Assembly (NCBI GenBank): GCA_017503165.1
Contig: JAFVTO010000151.1
Span: 1 to 47,475, forward strand
Length of the DNA: 47,475 nucleotides
DNA from: Clostridia bacterium
GTDB lineage: Bacteria; Bacillota; Clostridia; Oscillospirales; CAG-272
Direction of reading: 5' to 3'
Positions 37,055 through 46,070 of the stretch are shown here, piece by piece. The notes under the pieces are model-generated. The model saw only the letters and a list, made by a program, of their open reading frames with translations, was not told the origin of the DNA and did no database searches. Every line of letters starts with the position of its first letter. Within the stretch, counting starts at the first letter, position 1. The position numbers and the translations under genes are program-made.

Positions 37055-39583
37055 ATGAACAAAGACAGAAAAAACAACAACGGAAGGCGCTGCGCGGCAA
37101 GACGGCTGGCAAGATCGGCCATGTATATTGCTCTGACCGCCATACTCACAGTGACATTCTGCGCCACTGCGTTGCTTGTGTACGCCTGCAGATATTCCAA
37201 AAGCATCAGCACCGAGGCGTTTACCGAGCTTGCGCGCACCCAGGATCAGACCACACATCTTTATTATATTTCATACAGATCGGAGGACGGAAAAAGCGAC
37301 GTTGCAACAGAGCTACCCGATCAATCTCTCTATTCATCACAAAACCGCGAATGGGTATCCTACGCAAATATTCCGGACAACCTTAAAAATGCATTTGTTG
37401 CCATCGAGGATCACCGTTTTTTCACACATAGCGGTATTGATCTCAGGCGTACCGCAGGTGCAATACTGGGGTATCTCAGAGGTGGACGAACATACGGCGG
37501 CTCCACCGTAACCCAGCAGCTTATAAAAAACGTAACCGGAAACGATGAATACAGTGTATCCAGAAAGCTACACGAAATACTGTTCGCGCTGAAGCTGGAT
37601 AAAGCGCTGAGCAAGGAGGAAATACTTGAGCTTTATCTGAACACCATATATCTGTCGGATAGCTGCTACGGTGTTGGCAGCGCCGCTGAGTACTATTTCG
37701 GGCATGAGTGCGACAAGCTTACTCTTGAGGAATGCGCCGCCCTGGCGTGTATTCCCCAATGCCCTTCCAAATGGAATCCGAGAACCAATCCGCAAAACAA
37801 CAAAAGCCGACGCGAAACCGTTCTTACACGAATGGCTGAGCTTGGATATATAACCGAGGCAGAGCGTGACAGCGCCGCGCAAAAAGAGCTTAACGTCGTG
37901 GCAAAAAAGCGCAAAAGCAGTGAGTCACAGAATGATAAACGCTACTCTTGGTACACCGAAGCAGTGATAGACGAGTCGGTGGAACTTTTGGTTTCCCGCG
38001 GAATTGCCGCGAACCGACAGACCGCCACCAAAATGCTGTATTCCGGCGGACTTTCCATCATCACAGCGCAAAACCCCGATATGCAACGCATAGCTGAGAG
38101 GTATTTTGCTGACGACAGAAATTTCAAGCATCAGAGCGGAGCTCTTATCACCCCGGAATGCTCAACCGTGATAATCGACCCAAGTACCGGAAACATTCTG
38201 GCTCTTGTGGGTGGCAGAGGGGAGAAAAAGGACAACAGAATACTAAATTACGCCACCGCCACCAAGCGATCCCCCGGCTCCTCCATCAAGCCCCTTTCAG
38301 TATATGCCCCGGCAATAGACCGCGGCAAAATAACCTACGGCACGGTAATAGACGACACTCCCTACACCTTTAACGGCGGAAAACGGCCCTGGCCATACAA
38401 CTCACCTCGGGGATACAGAGGGCTCACCACCGTCCGTGACGCAGTCAGCCGATCTGTCAACACAGTAGCAGTAAAGGTTCTCAACAAGGTGGGAAAGCAG
38501 GAGGTATTCGACCTTCTCCACAACCGTCTGGGAATGACCGGCCTGATCGACTCGCGAGTAATAGGTGGCGAAAGCTACACCGATATAGCAGACTCCCCCC
38601 TGGCTCACGGTCAGCTGACCGCAGGAGTTACTGTAAAGGAGATAACCGGAGCATACACGGCACTGTGTAACGGTGGGATCTATCACCGTCCCAGAACCGT
38701 ACTGAAAATATATGACAGCAACGGAAAGCTGCTGATAGATAACGCAGATGAGGGAGATCGGGTATTCTCCCCGGAGACCGCAACGGTCATGACAAAGCTT
38801 CTGCAAGGCGTAACAAAAAACGGAACAGCAAAATCCGTGAAGCTGAAAAACAGAATAGCCTGCGCCGGAAAAACCGGTACTACCAACGCCAACTGCGACA
38901 AATGGTTTATCGGATACACCCCCGATCTTCTCTGCGGAGTATGGTTCGGATATGCCACCCCGAAAAACCTGAGCGGATATTCCGGTACGGTGAATCCGGC
39001 GCTGAAGGTGTGGGATGACCTGATGACCGAGCTTTCCACCGAGGAGCTGCTTGGTCATGCTCCGACCAAGCGCTTTCCCGATAACCCCAATATAGTAACC
39101 GCCACCTACTGCCGTGATTCCGGAAAGCGAGTTACCGCCGCATGTCTTGCAGACCCTCGTGGGAGTCGTGTGGAAACCGGCTATTTCACCCGTGATACCG
39201 TACCGAGGGAATATTGCGACTGCCATGTTTTAGTAAGGTATGACACGGTAAATCACGGTGTTGCGGGGCAGGATTGCCCGGATGCCAATTGCCGCACAGT
39301 GGGAATGATACGGGTAAACAGGAGCTTCCCCGTGGACGTCACGGTTGCCGATTCCCAGTATGTTTACCGAGGCTTAGACGGAAATCCGCCATGCCTCAAC
39401 GCCACCGAGCCATTTTTCCTCAACGCCTTGAAGAAGGGACAGCACGTAGGCCATAGCAGCACCTCGTCTCCCTTCAACCGCTTCTGTCACAAGTGCTATT
39501 TCGCGGCGCGCTCACCTTCGCCGCCGGATCAAGAGCAGACTGACAGTACGGCTCCGGGCGAATACGAGGATGAAAGCTTCTGA
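37055..39583 (+). CDS. Class A penicillin-binding protein (PBP1A-type transglycosylase/transpeptidase) with a Cys-rich C-terminal extension
   Basis: An N-terminal TM anchor is followed by GT51 motifs (EDHRFFTHSGID, GGSTVTQQLIKN) and transpeptidase motifs (SPGSSIKP, KTGTT). Confidence 0.93.
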   Translation: MNKDRKNNNGRRCAARRLARSAMYIALTAILTVTFCATALLVYACRYSKSISTEAFTELARTQDQTTHLYYISYRSEDGKSDVATELPDQSLYSSQNREWVSYANIPDNLKNAFVAIEDHRFFTHSGIDLRRTAGAILGYLRGGRTYGGSTVTQQLIKNVTGNDEYSVSRKLHEILFALKLDKALSKEEILELYLNTIYLSDSCYGVGSAAEYYFGHECDKLTLEECAALACIPQCPSKWNPRTNPQNNKSRRETVLTRMAELGYITEAERDSAAQKELNVVAKKRKSSESQNDKRYSWYTEAVIDESVELLVSRGIAANRQTATKMLYSGGLSIITAQNPDMQRIAERYFADDRNFKHQSGALITPECSTVIIDPSTGNILALVGGRGEKKDNRILNYATATKRSPGSSIKPLSVYAPAIDRGKITYGTVIDDTPYTFNGGKRPWPYNSPRGYRGLTTVRDAVSRSVNTVAVKVLNKVGKQEVFDLLHNRLGMTGLIDSRVIGGESYTDIADSPLAHGQLTAGVTVKEITGAYTALCNGGIYHRPRTVLKIYDSNGKLLIDNADEGDRVFSPETATVMTKLLQGVTKNGTAKSVKLKNRIACAGKTGTTNANCDKWFIGYTPDLLCGVWFGYATPKNLSGYSGTVNPALKVWDDLMTELSTEELLGHAPTKRFPDNPNIVTATYCRDSGKRVTAACLADPRGSRVETGYFTRDTVPREYCDCHVLVRYDTVNHGVAGQDCPDANCRTVGMIRVNRSFPVDVTVADSQYVYRGLDGNPPCLNATEPFFLNALKKGQHVGHSSTSSPFNRFCHKCYFAARSPSPPDQEQTDSTAPGEYEDESF

Positions 39584-39608
39584 ACGGTATGAATTTACAA
39601 ATAAAGCC

Positions 39609-39637
39609 TTGAATCCGATATCGGACCGCAGTATAAT
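39609..39637 (+). promoter_or_regulatory. SigA-type promoter upstream of darA/yaaQ
   Basis: TTGAAT at 39609-39614, a 17-nt spacer, and TATAAT at 39632-39637. Confidence 0.6.
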
Positions 39638-39681
39638 TACACTGTAAACTGTGATAAATCCAGAAACGGAGGATATGGTAT

Positions 39682-40011
39682 ATGAAAATGATAACCGCCA
39701 TAGTAAACAAAAGGGATACCGTTCGAGTGTGCGATGCGCTGAGAAAGGACGGCGTGGAATTCACCCGACTTGCCACTACCGGAGGATTTCTCAGATCGGG
39801 AAACACTACGCTTCTCATCGGTATAAACGATGAAAGATTAGAGCTCGCCCTGAACATTATCCGCCGTAACTGCTCCAGACGAATGGAAAAGCTACCGATA
39901 CCGCCCTCAGCGGAGATCCCCGCGGCAGTAAATGTGTCAAACACCGCAGAGGTATTGGTGGGAGGAGCCATCGTATTCGTAAACGAAGTAAGCTATTTCG
40001 AAAAAATGTAG
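39682..40011 (+). CDS. darA: PII-like cyclic-di-AMP receptor (DarA/YaaQ family)
   Basis: 109 aa. The block RLATTGGFLRSGNTTLLIG...VGGAIVFV is closely similar to B. subtilis YaaQ/DarA as I recall it. Confidence 0.85.
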   Translation: MKMITAIVNKRDTVRVCDALRKDGVEFTRLATTGGFLRSGNTTLLIGINDERLELALNIIRRNCSRRMEKLPIPPSAEIPAAVNVSNTAEVLVGGAIVFVNEVSYFEKM

Positions 40012-40036
40012 TGTAGGAATTCATAGCAGAAAATCA

Positions 40037-40088
40037 AAAGATCAAGGCTCGGCGCGAAAGGTACGCGCTTTAGCCTTGATCTTTTTTT
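40037..40088. terminator. Bidirectional intrinsic terminator between the convergent darA and GH88 genes
   Basis: AAAGATCAAGGCT (40037-40049) pairs with AGCCTTGATCTTT (40072-40084), with an inner GCGCG/CGCGC stem. T-runs lie on both sides. Confidence 0.8.
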
Positions 40089-40138
40089 AATGAATATTTT
40101 GACGGAGCTCGGTCATTTTCCTGCACCCATCTCCGCGA

Positions 40139-41446
40139 TCACCAATATCTTTCCCATTCGGGATCCAGCATACGGTGAAGTGCCTCCATGTAGAAATAGT
40201 CTCCCCATATATTCATCTCGTCAACGCCGTTATTGCCCGGTTTACTGTATGTTGCGTGGAGCAGAAGACCGTTTGCATACGGAATATCCTTGGTAAGATA
40301 GCTGTCTATCAGTGAATTCATCATACGGTTGCAAGCATTTACATAGATCTCGCGAAGCGGATCCGTCTCATCCATATAGTTGATCCCCTCCAGCATGGCG
40401 CAAAGCGCAATGGCGGTGGACGATGAATCACGGGGCTCATCCGCGTCATCAGTAAAGGAAAGATCCCAATATGCCACATAGTCTTCGGGCAGATGGTTCA
40501 GATAGTAATTAGCGGTAGCCTTGAACAGCTCCAAAGCGCGGTCGGAGGGCTCGTAAACGTAGGTAAGCAAAGGCCAGTACATTGCCCATGCCTGCCCTCT
40601 CGCCCAGGCTGAATCGTCGGAGACACCCTGAGCGGTAACTCCTCTCAGGGGCTTTCCTGTCTTCGGGTCGAAATAATACGTATGATAAGTGCTTGCGTCG
40701 TCACGGTACGCAACGTTTACGGTGGTATTAAAGTGCTTTAAGGCGATCTGCCTGTAATACTGCGTACCCGTTTCCTCGGTTGCCCAGTAAAGCAAGGGGA
40801 TATTCATAAGACAGTCAACAATAAGACGGTAATTATCCGTATTGTTCATGGAGCCCCATGCCTGAATAAACTCGCCCTTTTCGCGGTACCTTGAAACCAA
40901 CTGATCCGCCGCCATAATAGCCGCCTGTCGCGCCTGACTGTCACCCGTAAGCTTCCATGCCGCCACACAGGACGGAGAATACAGAAAGCCCATATCATGG
41001 TGATCCACACCCTTTTTCTTGTCGATACGCTGATAAAAGGACGGTATCTGACCCAGCGCTACGTTTTTGTATTTTTCGTCTCCGCTCAATTCATAGGCAT
41101 GCCAGAGTATTCCCGTCCAGAAGCCGTCATTCCATCCGTCGGTGTTATCCTCTGCCCCGTAAACGTTGTTCACGCTGGAATGGGTGGGAAATTTATCCGT
41201 AAACGACGGTAGCGCAAAATCAATTTTTTTAAGCGCTTCCTCAAGGGCGTACTCCAGCTTATCCCGCGTAAGCTGAAATTCCGCATATTTTTCGGTATCC
41301 TCTATCTGCGGGATCCAATACCCGTTATCCGGCTTCGGCGTGATTTCGTCATTATTATCCAAGGAGTCCTTACCGCAGGCAACATACGAGAAAACCATTG
41401 AAAATGCCAGCAATAAAACAACAGCTTTCAAGAAAAATCTCTTCAT
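40139..41446 (-). CDS. Glycoside hydrolase family 88/105-like (unsaturated glucuronyl/rhamnogalacturonyl hydrolase) lipoprotein
   Basis: Has a lipobox (FSYVACG). The Trp/Asp-rich (alpha/alpha)6 pattern (GFWTGILW, HHDMGF, RGQAWAMY) is typical of GH88. Confidence 0.75.
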   Translation of the reverse strand: MKRFFLKAVVLLLAFSMVFSYVACGKDSLDNNDEITPKPDNGYWIPQIEDTEKYAEFQLTRDKLEYALEEALKKIDFALPSFTDKFPTHSSVNNVYGAEDNTDGWNDGFWTGILWHAYELSGDEKYKNVALGQIPSFYQRIDKKKGVDHHDMGFLYSPSCVAAWKLTGDSQARQAAIMAADQLVSRYREKGEFIQAWGSMNNTDNYRLIVDCLMNIPLLYWATEETGTQYYRQIALKHFNTTVNVAYRDDASTYHTYYFDPKTGKPLRGVTAQGVSDDSAWARGQAWAMYWPLLTYVYEPSDRALELFKATANYYLNHLPEDYVAYWDLSFTDDADEPRDSSSTAIALCAMLEGINYMDETDPLREIYVNACNRMMNSLIDSYLTKDIPYANGLLLHATYSKPGNNGVDEMNIWGDYFYMEALHRMLDPEWERYW

Positions 41447-41542
41447 GTTCGCAGACAGTCCTTTCTTTTTGATTCTGATCTCCGATACTGCGCCCCTGAG
41501 CCGAGGCTACGGGCAGCGGCTTCCCGCAACACCTTATGCAGA

Positions 41543-43846
41543 TCAGTAATTACCGCTGAAATCTCCGTCTCCGATTCCTACGTTCTTTTCGGTAGCATTA
41601 CCCTCAGCATCAAAGGAATATAGGGTATTTCCGATGATCTTTTCGGTATTTACCAGCTTAAGACCGTTTTCATAATAATACTTTCCGTACCAACCAACGT
41701 ACCTCTTTGCTATGCCCTGAGAATCAAAGCCGTAAACAACGCCGTCTATGACACAGACAGTATCCTTCTGCAGCTCTCCTGAAACGTAGTAGCGCTCTCC
41801 GTACCACCCGCTGTAAGCAGCGGCAGCGCCGTCCGAGTCAAAGGAATACAGTATTCCGTCAACCGTAAGAAACTCGCTCACCACCTTGACGCCCTCACGG
41901 TAATATCGCTCACCGTACCAGCCGTTAGCCTTTTCGCCCAAGCCTTCGCCGTCAAAGTAATATACAAATTCCCCGATAAGAACGTATTCATCCTTTGCCA
42001 TTTCGCCGTTTCTGTAAAAACGGTTTTCTATAAATCCGTCTGCGCGAGCGGAGGCTCCCTGGGCGTCAAAGCTCCAATATACACCGTCGATCTCCACGAT
42101 CCTGTCTGTCACCTTGATACCTTCCTCGTAATAACTTCCGCTCTCCCAGCCGGTAAGACCTTCGGCATTTCCGTCGGCATCAAAGACATAACATATTCCG
42201 TCAAGCATCAGTCGCTTATTCACAGCCTTAACGCCGTCTTCGTAATAGAGATTTCCGTACCAGCCGGTGTATGCCGTTCCGTTTCCGTTTGCGTCAAAGA
42301 TATAGCACGCGCCGTCAATTTCAAGCTTTTTGTTCACAGCTTTTACGCCGCTTTCATAGTAGACCTCACCATCCCAGCCGGTGTATCCGGTTGCGTTTCC
42401 GTTTGCGTCAAAGCTATAGCGCACACCCTCAATATCAAGGGTTTTGTTCACAGCCTTTGTGCCGTTTTCATAGTAAAATCCGCCGTCCCAGCCGGTGTAT
42501 CTCGTTCCGTTTCCGTTTGCGTCAAAGATATAGCACGCGCCGTCAATTTCAAGCTTTTTGTTCACAGCCTTAACGCCGCTTTCATAGTAGACCCCACCAT
42601 CCCAGCCGGTGTATCCGGTTGCGTTTCCGTTTGCGTCAAAGCTATAGCGCACGCCCTCAATTTCAAGGGTTTTGTTCACAGCCTTTGTGCCGTTTTCATA
42701 GTAAAATCCGCCGTCCCAGCCGGTGTATGCCGTTCCGTTTCCGCTTGCATCAAAGCTATAGCGCACACCCTGGATGTCAAGCTTTTTGTTCACAGCCTTA
42801 ACGCCGCTTTCGTAGTAGAAGTCGCCGTCCCAGCCGTTTACCACGGTAGCACTTCCGCTTGCATCGAAGCTATAGCGCACACCCTCAATATCAAGCTTTT
42901 TGTTCACAGCCTTAACGCCGCTTTCGTAGTAGAAGTCGCCGTCCCAGCCGGTATATCTCGTTCCGTTTCCGCTTGCGTCAAAGCCGTAATACACGCCGCC
43001 GATATCCAGCACCTTGTCCACGGACTTAACGCCGTTTACATAGTAGCGGCTACCGTCCCAGCCGCTATACCTTGTCGCTACGCCATCTGCATCAAAGCTA
43101 TAATAAACGCCGCCTGCAGAAAGCTTTTTATTTACCGCTTTAACTCCGTTCTCATAATAACGCTCCTCATACCAGCCGCTGAACTTGGAAGAGGCTCCGC
43201 TTGCGTTAAAATTGTAAAGCTTTCCGTCGATACTCAGCTTCTTGTTCACCGCTTTATCGCCATCCTCATAATAGAAGCCGCCATCCCAGCCGTTTACCGC
43301 GGTAGCGTTTCCGCTTGCGTCAAAGCTGTAATACACGCCATCTACCTCAAGCTTGCGGCTTACCGTCATCACACCGTCCTTATAGTGCTTTTCCTCTTGC
43401 CAGCCGGTATATTCCGTAGAGGTACCTTCCTCATCGAAGTCGTATAAGAGTCCGTCTATTACCAGTTTTTCATCCTTTACCTCAACGCCGTCACGGTAGT
43501 ACGAGCCGTCATTCCATCCGCGAACAAGCTCGCTATTGCCCTTAGCATCAAAAGCATAAAGCTTGCCCTCTATCTCAAGGGTATCGCTCACCACCTTTTC
43601 GCCGTCAAGGTAGTAAGCTCCGTCCTCTCCCCAGCCGTCCGGAATCTTCGCTCCACCTTCACCGTTGCCTCCGTTGTCGTTGCCTCCGTTGTCATTATCT
43701 CCATTGTCGTTACCGCTGCACCCACTGAAGCCAATGCAGGATGAAAAATCAAGAATGCCTTTGACGTAAGAGCAGGAGACCAAAGCAAGCAACATCAAAG
43801 CAAACACAATTGATACAAGGATGGCATTAAGCATTTTTCTATTCAT
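41543..43846 (-). CDS. Cell-wall-binding-repeat lipoprotein (18 x 38-aa repeats)
   Basis: A signal peptide with lipobox (LLALVSC) is followed by a G/N/D-rich linker. Then come 18 tandem units of the form GWdGgfYYe.GvKAVNKkL.I.GvrYsFDa.GnaT.yt, a CW_binding_1-like double module. Confidence 0.9.
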   Translation of the reverse strand: MNRKMLNAILVSIVFALMLLALVSCSYVKGILDFSSCIGFSGCSGNDNGDNDNGGNDNGGNGEGGAKIPDGWGEDGAYYLDGEKVVSDTLEIEGKLYAFDAKGNSELVRGWNDGSYYRDGVEVKDEKLVIDGLLYDFDEEGTSTEYTGWQEEKHYKDGVMTVSRKLEVDGVYYSFDASGNATAVNGWDGGFYYEDGDKAVNKKLSIDGKLYNFNASGASSKFSGWYEERYYENGVKAVNKKLSAGGVYYSFDADGVATRYSGWDGSRYYVNGVKSVDKVLDIGGVYYGFDASGNGTRYTGWDGDFYYESGVKAVNKKLDIEGVRYSFDASGSATVVNGWDGDFYYESGVKAVNKKLDIQGVRYSFDASGNGTAYTGWDGGFYYENGTKAVNKTLEIEGVRYSFDANGNATGYTGWDGGVYYESGVKAVNKKLEIDGACYIFDANGNGTRYTGWDGGFYYENGTKAVNKTLDIEGVRYSFDANGNATGYTGWDGEVYYESGVKAVNKKLEIDGACYIFDANGNGTAYTGWYGNLYYEDGVKAVNKRLMLDGICYVFDADGNAEGLTGWESGSYYEEGIKVTDRIVEIDGVYWSFDAQGASARADGFIENRFYRNGEMAKDEYVLIGEFVYYFDGEGLGEKANGWYGERYYREGVKVVSEFLTVDGILYSFDSDGAAAAYSGWYGERYYVSGELQKDTVCVIDGVVYGFDSQGIAKRYVGWYGKYYYENGLKLVNTEKIIGNTLYSFDAEGNATEKNVGIGDGDFSGNY
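41585..43636 (-). repeat. Coding tandem repeat array with a 114-nt period and 18 units
   Basis: The period is visible in both protein and DNA. It includes a near-identical 228-bp tandem duplication (42260-42487 versus 42488-42715, about 7 mismatches by eye). Confidence 0.9.
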
Positions 43847-43877
43847 AACGTCAGTTCCTTTCTGCTCAAAATGTCTT

Positions 43878-44441
43878 TTATTTCTCGGTCAGACGGTCAA
43901 GCTCAGCCTTGACTGCCTTCATATCCTCAAGCATTTCGGTTTTTTTTCTCGGGTCACGAAGAAGCAGTGACGGATGATATACCGCGCACATACGGTAATC
44001 TCCCTTATCAAACCACACGCCATGCTCCTTTGTAATTTTAAAATCGTTTCTTATCAGCCGCATAGCCGATATTCTGCCCAGACAAACTATAAGCTTAGGC
44101 TTAACAAGCTTGACCTGCGCGCGAAGATATTCTATACAAAGATCCTGCTCCTCGGGCTTAGGGTCACGGTTCTTCGGCGGGCGACATTTAAGCATATTCG
44201 CTATGTAGACCGATTCCCGCTGTATACCGACCACCTCAAGGTATCTGTCAAAAAGCCTTCCCGCTCTTCCCACAAAGGGAATACCGCTGAGGTCCTCGCT
44301 CTCACCCGGCGCCTCTCCGACAAACATCAGATCCGCATTTCGGTTACCGCAACCGAAAACCACATTGGTTCTGGTCCCGCAAAGCTCGCACCGAGTGCAG
44401 CTCTTGCACTCATTTTCAAGATTATCCCATGTAAGCTCCAT
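43878..44441 (-). CDS. Uracil-DNA glycosylase, family 4
   Basis: Contains CxxCxLC...NVVFGCGNRNADLMFVGEAPGESED...GIPFVGRAG, the family-4 UDG signature with Fe-S cysteines. Confidence 0.9.
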   Translation of the reverse strand: MELTWDNLENECKSCTRCELCGTRTNVVFGCGNRNADLMFVGEAPGESEDLSGIPFVGRAGRLFDRYLEVVGIQRESVYIANMLKCRPPKNRDPKPEEQDLCIEYLRAQVKLVKPKLIVCLGRISAMRLIRNDFKITKEHGVWFDKGDYRMCAVYHPSLLLRDPRKKTEMLEDMKAVKAELDRLTEK

Positions 44442-44625
44442 AATTCTATCTCACCTTTCCGTTTCCTACTCTTCTCCGTTATTTCTTGCTGTCAATGCAT
44501 TTCAGCAGAAGCATCGGCAAATCTGTATTTCATGCTATGCCTCAACATCTGGAAAAATTCTTCTGTGAGCCCAATTAACCCCGATTCTCCCAAAGCACGC
44601 AATCCGTACCGCGGTATGGCTCCTC

Positions 44626-45201
44626 TTACATTTCGCCCAATGTCTCAGCGGCGTTCTCGGAGCAGATCACTGTGCAATGCTCACGGATGTAGCTAAGCGC
44701 GCCTTTTCCGTTCAGCCTTTCTCCGAATTCAGAAGCAATGTCCCACTCTGCCCCCTCGGTCTCAATAACAAGGAAGCACTGCTCTCCGTGCAAGGAGCAA
44801 AAAGCAGACGATCTGCCCTTGAAGCCGACGTCAAGGAGTCGCCTGCAGGCACCGATCAGCTCCTTCATACACCCCAAAGCATATATGCGGCTTTCAAGCT
44901 CGGGGGCTTCCACACTGCAGACCACCCCGCGCTTTTTTTCGGAGCCGCCACCGTCTCCGCCGATATGCGAAACGTACATATCGCATCCACCGTCTCCGTC
45001 GGGATATATCTGGATAAAGATCCGCGATATTGCCGCATCAAATCCGGTACGTTGCTTAGCCTCGTCGAGAATCGACCAGAACACACGTCTGGTCTCGGTA
45101 TTGTCGTAGTCTATATTTTCGATTTTGATACCGTAATACTCAAGGTCGTCCCTGGAGAGCCGCACCTTAAGCTTACTGTCTGTTATAAGTACAATTTTCA
45201 T
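44626..45201 (-). CDS. MecA-like adaptor protein
   Basis: The probable start is MKIVLITDSKLKVRLSRDDLEYYGI... at 45201, preceded by a GAAAGG RBS. This resembles the MecA N-terminus (MxIERIN..T.K..L...DLE.RG). The ORF track extends to 45348. Confidence 0.6.
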   Translation of the reverse strand: MKIVLITDSKLKVRLSRDDLEYYGIKIENIDYDNTETRRVFWSILDEAKQRTGFDAAISRIFIQIYPDGDGGCDMYVSHIGGDGGGSEKKRGVVCSVEAPELESRIYALGCMKELIGACRRLLDVGFKGRSSAFCSLHGEQCFLVIETEGAEWDIASEFGERLNGKGALSYIREHCTVICSENAAETLGEM

Positions 45202-45395
45202 ATATGTATCGCCTTTCTGCCACGGTATTCCCATTATAAGCGATACATTCAGATTCCGCCACACTATATTTTTGGAAAAGCAGGTGGTTATTTGAATAAA
45301 GGCGGCATTTTCGCCTTTTTTATGCTGTTCTCCCTGATTTTTCAGCAAGGTATCCGAGTGAAGGAGGTATCAGGGCACACAGTATTGTATATAAA

Positions 45396-45425
45396 GTATA
45401 ACATATTTTTCCTTTGATTGTCAAC
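45396..45425 (-). promoter_or_regulatory. SigA-type promoter facing the mecA-like gene
   Basis: On the minus strand: TTGACA (45425-45420), an 18-nt spacer, and TGtTATACT (-10 at 45401-45396). This implies a leader of about 190 nt. Confidence 0.5.
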
Positions 45426-45466
45426 CCCCTTTCTACATTATATTTTTCAAACATTTCTGTATCTTT

Positions 45467-45523
45467 TATCTGAACACTATTCTGTTATCCGAACACTGAT
45501 CTGTTATCCGAACACTGATCTCA
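45467..45523. repeat. Three tandem 19-bp direct repeats
   Basis: The units are TTATCTGAACACTATTCTG (45467-45485), TTATCCGAACACTGATCTG (45486-45504) and TTATCCGAACACTGATCTC (45505-45523). They are head-to-tail with no spacers and lie 42-98 bp upstream of the -35 box at 45420-45425. Confidence 0.85.
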
Positions 45524-45999
45524 TAGGCGCAGTTCATACGCATGGCGCCGTCCCAACAGGGTACATAGCTGAACCCGCAGAGCATATAACAACGCGGTAG
45601 CTGCCGTGCAGAAAGACAGAGACAGCACGGCTCCGTCATACTGTACGGCTTTCGCGCCGCAAACACCCGAAACAACCCCTCAATACACCAAAATGCAATA
45701 CAAGCCTTTTTTTGCTTTCTTGTGCGTGACAAGGTCATTTATTGCCTCAACCAAACGACATTACCAAAAATATTCCAATATCCGGTAAACACTTATCCGT
45801 TCAAGCTATTTCCGTCGGAGGGAGCACGAGCCACGTTTCCGCCTTGTTTTCGCTTGACCGTCAAACAGCCCTCACTTTCTGATCAGCAAGCGCGGCGACG
45901 CAAGAGCAATCCCGCATATTATTTCCATATGACAACCAATAACAACAATAATAATCCACAAATCATACAACCAGAGGCATTTTCACATTGAACACAAAA

Positions 46000-46027
46000 G
46001 CGGCGCGACCTTTTCCGGTCGCGCCGC
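46000..46027 (-). terminator. Intrinsic terminator after mrp/apbC
   Basis: GCGGCGCGACC (46000-46010) pairs with GGTCGCGCCGC (46017-46027), an 11-bp GC-rich stem. On the minus strand it is followed by TTTTGTGTT. Confidence 0.8.
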
Positions 46028-46070
46028 CTAATCTATATTCAATTTGTCATCAACCGTAAGACAGTTCAGC

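Noticed and set aside
38402-39226. A 274-aa minus-strand ORF.
   Set aside because: It is antisense to the PBP1A transpeptidase domain. It is a shadow ORF.
41585-43636. Highly regular DNA repeats, considered as a possible CRISPR array or satellite.
   Set aside because: The 114-nt period is in frame within one long ORF that encodes canonical GW/YY/FD cell-wall-binding modules. There is no repeat-spacer structure and there are no cas genes.
45298-45322. The hairpin AAAGGCG/CGCCTTT followed by a T-run in the mecA-like leader, considered as an attenuator.
   Set aside because: Only four G-C pairs are present. The T-run follows the hairpin on the plus strand, not on the strand of the gene. That is too weak to call.
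44677-45417. A 246-aa plus-strand ORF, together with the similar 43974-44696 plus-strand ORF of 240 aa.
   Set aside because: Both are antisense to the MecA-like and UDG genes respectively. They cross intergenic and promoter regions and have no motifs.
45467-45523. The 19-bp triple repeat, considered as a mini-CRISPR array or as DnaA boxes.
   Set aside because: The units are contiguous with no spacers. TTATCCGAA diverges from the DnaA box TTATCCACA at the critical 3' positions. Only one further DnaA-like 9-mer (TAATCCACA, 45953-45961) is nearby.
45466-45991. ORFs of 90 aa on the minus strand (45466-45738) and 89 aa on the plus strand (45722-45991) in the long intergenic region.
   Set aside because: Neither has an RBS, and both have odd composition (Cys-rich, or an Asn run produced by an AAC-rich tract). 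The first overlaps the 19-bp repeat array. I treat the region as non-coding.
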